Position numbers and translations under genes: made by a program | The notes under the pieces: generated by a model | The model's input: only the letters and a program-made list of their open reading frames with translations | The model's database searches: none | What the model was told of the DNA's origin: nothing | Virus record (IMG/VR): IMGVR_UViG_3300005095_000072 | Coordinates: 54,426 to 118,425 of that record | Strand: one strand, 5' to 3' | Length of the DNA stretch: 64,000 nucleotides | Source of the DNA: a virus | In this document: positions 36,913 through 45,164 of the stretch, piece after piece | How the letters are laid out: each line of letters opens with the position of its first letter | Numbering within the stretch: the first letter of the stretch is position 1

Positions 36913-37674
36913 ATGAGTAATAACACACTAGATAAAATAAAAATTTATAATATTTCTAGTAATGAACAAAAATACCCTGAGATAGGCGATTGGCATAGTA
37001 TTAATACATCTGCATTGTTTGGCTACAATGAGATGAAAGAGCTTTATTTTAAAGATAAAGTTACTTATGAAAAGAAGTATAGGAAAAAAGGAAAGTTCAT
37101 AGGGTTAGGGCTGAATTATGGAGGAACTTGGAAAGTAGTTCAAGATAATACAGGTTTCTCTGAAAGTAAATCTATAAAGTTATTTGCTAATTATTTTAAA
37201 AATCTGAAAGTGTTTAAGAAGTACTTAGATAAAATAGTTGCAAAGGCAATGAAAGTTAAGTATGTAGAAACTTTTTTAGGAAGACGGTTATTTTTACCTC
37301 AGTTAGATAGTGATGAATGGTGGATAAGAAACAAAGGAAAGAATAAGATATACAACTCCCCTATTCAAGCTATGGGGGCTGAGATGGTTAAGCTGATAAC
37401 TTTAAAAGTGGGAGAGTACTTAGAAAGATATGATATTTATTCTTGGCAATTCAATAATATTACTAAAAGCTATCATAAAAGAATTGTAGGTATCAATTAT
37501 ATTTATTATAAAAAGCATAAGAAAGAAATTGAAAAAAGATTTAATGATGCACCTGATGGGCATACAAAAGTCTTAGTAATAGGAAAAGATAAAGAAGTTA
37601 AGTTCGAGTATCAAAGGAACTTAAAAATATCTATGAAAGATATACGAGATTTTAAAATGTTTATAATATGGTAA
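36913..37674 (+). CDS. polA: family A DNA polymerase fragment (fingers/motif B)
   Basis: GDWH, RKKGKFIGLGLNYGG, YVETFLGRRL, NSPIQAMGAEMVK. Confidence 0.88.
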   Translation: MSNNTLDKIKIYNISSNEQKYPEIGDWHSINTSALFGYNEMKELYFKDKVTYEKKYRKKGKFIGLGLNYGGTWKVVQDNTGFSESKSIKLFANYFKNLKVFKKYLDKIVAKAMKVKYVETFLGRRLFLPQLDSDEWWIRNKGKNKIYNSPIQAMGAEMVKLITLKVGEYLERYDIYSWQFNNITKSYHKRIVGINYIYYKKHKKEIEKRFNDAPDGHTKVLVIGKDKEVKFEYQRNLKISMKDIRDFKMFIIW

Positions 37675-37685
37675 AGGAAAAGATA

Positions 37686-38255
37686 ATGTTTGTTAAAGCT
37701 AAATATAATGATATAGATATGTATAAAAGAGATGTACAGCAAGATTTATTTATTCCGTTCAATACAGTCCATGATGAGATTGATTATCTTATAGATTCAA
37801 ATATGTTTAAACCACTTCTAAAAAAGATTATAAATATATCTGCACTTAAAAAAGTTATGGGTAAGTTGAAATTACCTTATATTAATATATTGTTTGATGT
37901 AGAATACGATGAGTATAATAGTTGGACTGCTAAAAAAGATATAGATATATATCAAGTAGCTTTACATGAGGAAGAACATAAGTGGAGAAAAAAGTATCAA
38001 GATTTGTATAGTAAGCTCAGTCAAAAGAGAAGTGATACAAATAAAAAAGAACCTTTAAAATCAAGTAGTAAAGAAAATCAAGTATCTTCTAACATAATAG
38101 AGCTGGTGTTACCTGAGAAAGAGATGACAGAAGAACTTTTAGAAAAGATACAAAAGTCATCAGAGGGTAATATTCGCTTAGGTGTTAATGTCAATGGAGA
38201 TATAATGTGGTACTCTAAGCTTATCAACGAAAAGGTAGTGAAAGAGTATCTATAA
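37686..38255 (+). CDS. polA: family A DNA polymerase fragment (motif C) with C-terminal extension
   Basis: NTVHDEIDY, FDVEY...W; own AAGGA RBS before ATG 37686. Confidence 0.8.
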   Translation: MFVKAKYNDIDMYKRDVQQDLFIPFNTVHDEIDYLIDSNMFKPLLKKIINISALKKVMGKLKLPYINILFDVEYDEYNSWTAKKDIDIYQVALHEEEHKWRKKYQDLYSKLSQKRSDTNKKEPLKSSSKENQVSSNIIELVLPEKEMTEELLEKIQKSSEGNIRLGVNVNGDIMWYSKLINEKVVKEYL

Positions 38256-38291
38256 AATAAATGGCATTAGCCAATATCTAAGGAGATACTT

Positions 38292-39176
38292 ATGGATAGA
38301 GAGAAAGAGATACTATCTGTTGTGTCTGCACAATCAAGAGCTATGGACACTATAGCTTCAAGATTAGTAGCAGGTGAATACACAGATGAGGACATTCAAA
38401 GCAAGTTAGAGTCTGTTGCAAGAGTTCTTGAAACAACTGCAAGTGCACAAGATTACCTATATAGTCAAATACAAGATGCAAGTTCGTTTAGTGTTATGGC
38501 AAATGATGAGTTCGACTCAGTATTGAGTAAAGTTCTAGCAACTCAAGCTCAAGCAGAACTACTAACACAAGCATTAGAGGGAGAGCTTGTTACTATTGCA
38601 GGTGATGAAGAGAGCGACGAAGATGAACTTGATGCAGAAGCTTGTGGAGTACAAGATGATGAGATATTAGAAGCTAAGTCTTTTGATATGTATGCAGGTG
38701 ATGAAGAAGGAAATGACGAGCCTAGTGATGAGGACGATGATGTTCTTGAAACTGATGCAGTAGCAGTAAGGCATAATCCAGAGACTGGAGATATAGAGGC
38801 TTATAGTGCTAAACCTAGTAAGCCTAAAATGATGTATATTAAAAAACAAAATGCAACTCCTCTAAGAAAACCTGCAGGTAGATTAAAAGTTAAACCTACA
38901 TCAAGAGGTAAAAAACCTTTCGGAAAACCAACTGCAAGTGCAGAGGAGCTTATGGCACAAGCACAAGAGCTTATAGCAATGGCACAAGAGATAGGGCAAG
39001 GTGATAATCATGGAGAGATAAATCCTCAAGTGAAGCAAAGAGAACCTAAGTCTTTAAATAAAATGGTAAATGATAGTGCAAATGGAGTTCCTGCTGTAAA
39101 AACTGTAGCAAGTGAAACTACTATGCAATCAACTGCAAATGATAGCTCATCTATGATTAGATGGGACTTTGTGTAA
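38292..39176 (+). CDS. capsid scaffold protein
   Basis: Acidic, Ala-rich, directly upstream of decoration and capsid genes. Confidence 0.65.
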   Translation: MDREKEILSVVSAQSRAMDTIASRLVAGEYTDEDIQSKLESVARVLETTASAQDYLYSQIQDASSFSVMANDEFDSVLSKVLATQAQAELLTQALEGELVTIAGDEESDEDELDAEACGVQDDEILEAKSFDMYAGDEEGNDEPSDEDDDVLETDAVAVRHNPETGDIEAYSAKPSKPKMMYIKKQNATPLRKPAGRLKVKPTSRGKKPFGKPTASAEELMAQAQELIAMAQEIGQGDNHGEINPQVKQREPKSLNKMVNDSANGVPAVKTVASETTMQSTANDSSSMIRWDFV

Positions 39177-39185
39177 GGAGCAAAT

Positions 39186-39644
39186 ATGTTGAAAATACTT
39201 TATAAAAATGGATGTATAGACGGAAATACATTTGAGCTAGACCCTGATATTTATCTAGGTCAGGATGCACTTGAAGCAAGTGATAATGAAGAAGTCCAAG
39301 CTCTAGTAGCAGGTAGATTAGCTACTATAGGAACTGATGGTTATGTAGAACTAGCAGATGGTAATCCTCTAGGTGTTATTGTAAATGATGCAGAGGGTAG
39401 AGACCTATATAACAAACCTGCTTTAGCAAGTGGTAAAGTTCCTGTTATGTTTGGAGGAGGTCTTGTAGAAACTGACCAAGTAGTCGAGGATAATATAGCT
39501 ATAGGTGATAAACTATATTGTGGAACTGGTGATAATAAAGGTCTATGGACAAAAACTGCTTCTGATGGTGCAGAAGTAATAGGTGTTGCTGTAAGTGCAA
39601 ACTCAGCATCAGACAAAACTGTTAAAATACAGTCAAGAGTATAA
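39186..39644 (+). CDS. head decoration / cement protein
   Basis: Gly-rich beta pattern ASGKVPV..GGG.VETDQ, IGDKLY; precedes MCP. Confidence 0.7.
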   Translation: MLKILYKNGCIDGNTFELDPDIYLGQDALEASDNEEVQALVAGRLATIGTDGYVELADGNPLGVIVNDAEGRDLYNKPALASGKVPVMFGGGLVETDQVVEDNIAIGDKLYCGTGDNKGLWTKTASDGAEVIGVAVSANSASDKTVKIQSRV

Positions 39645-39654
39645 GGAGAGTCGG

Positions 39655-40578
39655 ATGGAAAGATTTATCCCAACAAGTGTAGCTCAATCAACTAGCTCAC
39701 TACAAGATATAACAACTAGAAACGAGCTGACTGCAAAGCTTATGGTAACTGCCGCAGGTAGAGAAGAATTGGCTGTGTCAATGGTAGAACCTCTAAGAGA
39801 GATGAGAGACTATCGTGCAGTAGGTAGAAGAGCATTTAGAGTATATCCTCTAGGACAAGGTGCTATTCCTGAGTTTCCTAAAGATGTAGATGTACCTGCT
39901 TATGTAATAGGTGAAGAAGGTGATGAAGTTCAAGCTAAAATAAAAGGAAAGAAAGTACTTGTACCTCTTTTCAAAATAACTTCAAACCCTATGATACCTA
40001 TAACTGAAATCAAACAAGCAAGATTTGACTTAAATGATAGAGTTAGAGAGAAAGTTAAATCAGAGATTGTTAAAGTAGAGGATGGTAAAATCTTTGAGCT
40101 TATGAAGATAGTAGCAGAGAGAAGCACAGATATAAATGCACTAACAACTGTAAATGAGTCAGAGCTAACAGTTAAGCACTTTAGCGAAGCACAAGCAGAG
40201 ATAGAGAAGTGGGGAGAGCTTGATGCAGTAAATATCTTCATGAACCCTTATTGGAAACAAACTCTAAGAGAGATGAACAATGTTCAAACAGGGTACTATG
40301 TAGATTTTGAAACAGCAAGAGAGCTTATAACAGCAGGTTATGTTGCAAGAATCAATGGAACTCAAATTCATACTTCAAGTATGGTACCGAAAGATATGAT
40401 ATTCATAACAGCTGACCCTGAGTTCTTAGGAAGACTGGTTATTTCATTCGATTTAACAGTCATCGAATCAGAAGATGCAAAGGCTCTCGAAGTCGGGTAT
40501 AGTATCTTTGAAGAGATAGGTATCTTGATACACAACCCTAAAGCACTTAGTGCAATCAAAATCAATCTAGGACAGTAG
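39655..40578 (+). CDS. major capsid protein (HK97 fold)
   Basis: LAVSMVEPLR..RDY..VGRR, VPLFKI.SNP, EDG..F, GYSIFEEIGILIHNP; start ATG 39655 after AAGGAG. Confidence 0.85.
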   Translation: MERFIPTSVAQSTSSLQDITTRNELTAKLMVTAAGREELAVSMVEPLREMRDYRAVGRRAFRVYPLGQGAIPEFPKDVDVPAYVIGEEGDEVQAKIKGKKVLVPLFKITSNPMIPITEIKQARFDLNDRVREKVKSEIVKVEDGKIFELMKIVAERSTDINALTTVNESELTVKHFSEAQAEIEKWGELDAVNIFMNPYWKQTLREMNNVQTGYYVDFETARELITAGYVARINGTQIHTSSMVPKDMIFITADPEFLGRLVISFDLTVIESEDAKALEVGYSIFEEIGILIHNPKALSAIKINLGQ

Positions 40579-40593
40579 TCTTAGTTTGTTAAG

Positions 40594-40626
40594 GTAGTTG
40601 AGGGAGGTTATCCCTCTCTACTTTTG
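40594..40626 (+). terminator. intrinsic terminator after MCP
   Basis: GTAG..GAGGGA-GGTTA-TCCCTC..CTAC then TTTT. Confidence 0.7.
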
Positions 40627-40668
40627 TATAAGTAGTCAAGAGGACTTTTTATATAAGGGTAGAAAAAG

Positions 40669-42246
40669 ATGGGTAAAGATAAAATTAGAATAAGAACAGC
40701 TCAAGGTGTATTTTACATAGAACCTACTAATCATAAATTTTCTTACAATACAAAGCAATACCTTGAAAAGCTTTTCTATAGGTATCCTGATAAATTTAAA
40801 CCTAGACAATTTAGAAAATTTGCTTGGTTTAGTGCAAAGACTTTAACTAAAGTATATTGTTATGGCTGTAAAAAATATATAGAGCAAACTCCTGAAAGAT
40901 TACTAGGAGGTAAATTTTGTAAAGTATGTGCAGGTAATGTACAATACACAGATAAACAATTTAAAGAAAAACTAAAAGAAATTTATAAAGATAAACCTCA
41001 TCTTGATTTTTCACAAGGGATTTACACTAAAGCAAGAGAGCCTTATAAGATGGTTTGTAAGTATCATGGAGAGTATATTGTAAAATATGCATCTACTTTG
41101 TTAAAAGGGTATAATTGTTATAAATGCACTAGAAAATCAACTGCTGAAAATATGAATAAAGTAATGAAAGAAAAGTTTAAAAATGGTTATAAACCTGATA
41201 GAATTAAGATGAGGAAAACTTCATTTAAAGATAGATTAGATAAAGAGTTCGAGTTCGTAGAACCTATTGAAGTTGTAGACCAATATTATGCTACAGATAG
41301 AGTAGAGATACGACATAAGAAATGTGGCTCTATCAGAACTGTAAATCTTGATAATTGTTCTAGGTTAAAATGCTTTAAGTGTCATAGGGTAGGAACTTCA
41401 AAAGGGGAGCAAGAAGTAGCAGAGTTTTTAAAACAGTATGTAGATATTGAAGAACATATTAAACCTTTTGGAGATAAAAGAGAGATAGATATTTATATAC
41501 CTAGTAAAGATTTGTTTATTGAGTTCGATGGTGTATTTTGGCATAGTGATAAGTATAAAGGAGTTAAGGCTCAACAAGAAAAAACTTTAGAGAGTTTAAA
41601 TAATGGATATGATATTATTCATATAACAGATAGTCAATGGTTAAACAATAGAAGTACTATTAAATCTATCTTGTTAAATAAGTTAGGATTAACTCCATTT
41701 AAAATAGGAGCAAGAAAATGCACTGTAAAAGAGATAGATTACAAAACTGCTAGAAATTTCGTAGATAAAAATCATTTGCAGGGTTATGCTAGAAGTTCTA
41801 TAATTTTAGGATTGTATTTTGAAGATGAACTTTTATCTGTAATGTCTTTTTCTGTATTAAAGAAAGACTATGAAGTAAATCTTAATAGATTTGTGAATAA
41901 GAACTTCACTTTAGTTCAAGGTGGGTTTAGTAAGTTGTTGAGATATTTTATAGAAAATTACAAAGACAGATATAAGGTTATAACTTCATTTGCAGATTTA
42001 CAATGGTCTAAAGGTGAAGTATATTATAAAAATGGATTTAGATATTTATACACAACTGTTCCTAGTTATAATTATTATACAAAAACTGATTTTAAGATGT
42101 ATCATAAGTCCTATTTTAGAAAAAGAAGGCTCATGAGAATATTAGGATTAAAAAGAACTAATATGACAGAGTTTCAGATGGCAGATAAGTTAGGCTTGAT
42201 TAGGTATTATGATAGCGGTAAGATGAAGTTTCAGCTTAACATATAA
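40669..42246 (+). mobile_element. free-standing Hef-type homing endonuclease
   Basis: Repeated CxxC modules, SKGEQEV, EIDIYIP...IEFDGVFWH nuclease, ARKC..., GGFSKLL, FADLQWS.G..Y, DSG. Confidence 0.8.
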
Positions 42247-42329
42247 CAACACATATAATCTTTCAATTAATCTTAATTATAAAAGTTTTACTATTTGTAA
42301 TCATTAAATCTTAAAGAAAAGGAAATGAT

Positions 42330-42866
42330 ATGAAAGTCATAGCAAATATAACAATGAATGCACGAAACAATGGAGTTAAATTCCCACTTGTTAAAGGTAA
42401 AGAAGTTGAGTCAACTGTAGTGGAAGCTTTAGGGGATAAATATTTAGAGTTCCTTAAAGAGAACAAGTATGTTACTATTGTTAAGGATACAAATGAAGAT
42501 ATAGTAAATGAGGAACTAACAGATATAGATGAAGGTAATGATGATACAAAAGAACCTGAAACTAATGAAAACACAGATGAAACAACTGAAAACAATACTA
42601 ATGAAAACACAGACACAGATAACCAAGATGAAAATAATCTTATAGTTGTTGAAATAGATGGAGAAGAGTACGAGCTAACAGAAGAGGAGTATCAAGAGTA
42701 TCTAGCTTCATTAGAAGCAGAAGAGAACGAAGATACAACTGAAGTAGCAGATGAGCCTGAGATAGTGGAAGATGTTATAGAAGAACCAAAAGAAACTAAA
42801 ACAAAATCAAAAAGCACTAAAAAAACTTCTAAGAGAAGAACAAGTAAAAATACAAAAAAGCTGTAA
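42330..42866 (+). CDS. acidic low-complexity virion-associated protein (MKVIA N-terminus)
   Basis: E/D/T/N-rich middle, basic tail. Confidence 0.65.
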   Translation: MKVIANITMNARNNGVKFPLVKGKEVESTVVEALGDKYLEFLKENKYVTIVKDTNEDIVNEELTDIDEGNDDTKEPETNENTDETTENNTNENTDTDNQDENNLIVVEIDGEEYELTEEEYQEYLASLEAEENEDTTEVADEPEIVEDVIEEPKETKTKSKSTKKTSKRRTSKNTKKL

Positions 42867-42876
42867 AAGATAGATA

Positions 42877-43512
42877 ATGGAAAACCTAAGCACCTTAGCA
42901 GTTACCTTGTTGGAGTTATATAGGGAAAATGATATAAAACCAAATAAAAGGTCTAACAACTGCAGGGTGTATAGGATTAAGTATAAAGTCCAAGACTCAA
43001 AAAGATATATCTTCCTTGTTAAGTGCAAAGAAAGCTGGTCTAGTCCTGATGGACATATTGTTTCTATTTATTTTGAAGATAAAGGCAACAAGGTAAATAG
43101 AAGGAATATAATACCTCTTAACTCTAATATAAGAACTAGATGTCATTGTCCTGCTTTTGTTTATTGGGGTAGTGCTTATAATGCTACAATAAACAAATAT
43201 ATCTTAGATAAGAAAGAAAATAGACCTCCTGATATAAGAGACCCTTTTAGAGTAAATAAAGTTTGTAAGCATATAGTAGCAGTTACTAAAAGTTTATCAC
43301 ATAAGAATTTTAAAGCTTTACAACGAGGTCGTATTTACTCTAGTATCAATATGCTAGATTTTGCAGATATAAGTAATCTACCTGAAGTATCTATACAAGA
43401 AACTTTATCTGTTATTTCTCAGTATATAAAAGAAAATAATATAAGAACAGATAACTGTATAGATTTTGATAACTTCGAGAGCTATTTGCTAAATATAGGG
43501 ATGATAATATGA
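42877..43512 (+). CDS. SWIM-type zinc finger protein
   Basis: CHCPAFVYWG ... VCKHI. Confidence 0.7.
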   Translation: MENLSTLAVTLLELYRENDIKPNKRSNNCRVYRIKYKVQDSKRYIFLVKCKESWSSPDGHIVSIYFEDKGNKVNRRNIIPLNSNIRTRCHCPAFVYWGSAYNATINKYILDKKENRPPDIRDPFRVNKVCKHIVAVTKSLSHKNFKALQRGRIYSSINMLDFADISNLPEVSIQETLSVISQYIKENNIRTDNCIDFDNFESYLLNIGMII

Positions 43513-44135
43513 GTGATACAACTGAAAATACTGAAACTGTAATTCAAAAGAAAAAACATAAAATCCTAAGAAGGAACTTACCTCGTATTTTTAGATTAAT
43601 GAAAAAGATACATGGGTTTGAAGTAGATATATATAAATTAGTCGATTTTGAAAGTCCAGACATCGGTTTAGAGGATAGTTCTAAGCTTAAGTATAGTGAG
43701 AGTCCTGTTTATAGTGGAAAGGCTGTTATTCCTGCTTTAAATAGAGATAAGTATCAAGATAGTTATGGTATTTTAGATATGGAAGATGATGACGATATAA
43801 TTTTATATTCTGATGAAGATTTACAAATACCTAAAAAATCCTTAGTTATAGTTAAGACAGCAAACACAATGGGAGAAACTAGGCTCATTGTAAATAATAT
43901 AAAATCTATTAAGGACGATGATGGTTATCTTTATTTTAGATATTATTTAACTTCAGATAGTTCTAGTAATTTAGAAGATATAAGTAATGAAAGCTTGTTT
44001 GATGCTATAGTTAAAGAAACTGAAAGTATTAATAATGGAACTATCTTAGAAGATACCTCTGTAGTTAAAGACGAAGAAACTGATAATATTATTCCTGAGT
44101 ATGTAGAAGATGATATTATATTTATGGAGGATTAG
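43509..44135 (+). CDS. putative neck/head-closure protein
   Basis: Position between head and sheath genes. Confidence 0.4.
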   Translation: MSDTTENTETVIQKKKHKILRRNLPRIFRLMKKIHGFEVDIYKLVDFESPDIGLEDSSKLKYSESPVYSGKAVIPALNRDKYQDSYGILDMEDDDDIILYSDEDLQIPKKSLVIVKTANTMGETRLIVNNIKSIKDDDGYLYFRYYLTSDSSSNLEDISNESLFDAIVKETESINNGTILEDTSVVKDEETDNIIPEYVEDDIIFMED

Positions 44136-44894
44136 ATGATAGGTAAAGTTATTCACAATTTTGTTAAGTTCATAGAAGAACAGTTTAAAGTTTATGATAT
44201 AGATATGAACAGTAAGTATAATTCTGATATAAATAATATATCTGAGTATTCATCTTCTCTTAGACTTAGAAAACTTTTTAAAGATGATATAGATAATATT
44301 ATAAGCCCAGACGATATTAAGAATTTAAAAAAGCAAAATTATGTACTTATGTTATATAATTTTAATGCTATTGAGAAAGACCAAGAAGCTTTTAATAATA
44401 TCAACTTAGAAGCTGTGTTTTTACCTAGTGAAAGTTCTCCTTTTACCTATGATAGAACTGAAAAAACAGATATAGATACAGACCTTATTCATTATATTAG
44501 AAGTGTTAATGAGTATTGTAGTCAAGAGGATTTAACTGTTAGAGATGTTATATATGGTAGGATACCTTTTGACTTTAAGATAATAGTCAATGATATTGAT
44601 TTAGCTTATAATTTACAAATGGCTTATTTGTCTAAGCTAGTAAATGAAAGGTCTTTTGGTATATCTATCAAGTTTGCTAGTTATCAAGAACCTTTAGATA
44701 TTACATATAAACTAAAATTAAATAATATTAGTAATTTTAGTCAAATAGACCCTATCAAATATGGAAATTTATGGCAAATAGATTTCAATGGAACTTTAGA
44801 GGGTTATTTTCTTTCTGTTTATTCTAAAAAGATTAAAGGATTATGTAACATTGATGTTACTCTTAAAGTATGTAATGATTTAGAGAACTGTTAA
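44136..44894 (+). CDS. putative tail terminator/neck protein
   Basis: Position upstream of sheath. Confidence 0.4.
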   Translation: MIGKVIHNFVKFIEEQFKVYDIDMNSKYNSDINNISEYSSSLRLRKLFKDDIDNIISPDDIKNLKKQNYVLMLYNFNAIEKDQEAFNNINLEAVFLPSESSPFTYDRTEKTDIDTDLIHYIRSVNEYCSQEDLTVRDVIYGRIPFDFKIIVNDIDLAYNLQMAYLSKLVNERSFGISIKFASYQEPLDITYKLKLNNISNFSQIDPIKYGNLWQIDFNGTLEGYFLSVYSKKIKGLCNIDVTLKVCNDLENC

Positions 44895-44965
44895 AAATAT
44901 AACTAAGTTTTAAAAGCTCTTAGTGAGCCTTTATGTAAAGGCTACATTTATACTAGGAGTTATAT

Positions 44966-45154
44966 ATGATTAATGTTATCATTGTCAATAAGACAGGCAT
45001 GAATCAATATGTAGATGTAGATGGTAACGACAAAACAGAAGATACTGTTATAGTCGGACCTCACGAAAGAGTACAGGTATCTCTCCCAAATGAGAAGAGA
45101 TTTTTAGAGATTAGCAAACAATTTGCTAAATCACTTATAGTAAGAAAAAGATAA
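44966..45154 (+). CDS. small hypothetical virion protein
   Basis: AGGAG RBS, directly before sheath. Confidence 0.6.
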   Translation: MINVIIVNKTGMNQYVDVDGNDKTEDTVIVGPHERVQVSLPNEKRFLEISKQFAKSLIVRKR

Positions 45155-45164
45155 GGAGTAGTTT

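Noticed and set aside
36900-37790. Split intein or group I intron joining the PolA pieces
   Set aside because: No C/S-start N-intein or HN-C/S/T C-intein at the breakpoints, and no intergenic space or visible intron core; RNA-level joining is not formally excluded
42530-42790. Acidic ETNENTDE-type repeats as a diversity-generating or phase-variable element
   Set aside because: Imperfect low-complexity coding repeats; no template/variable pair or reverse transcriptase in the window
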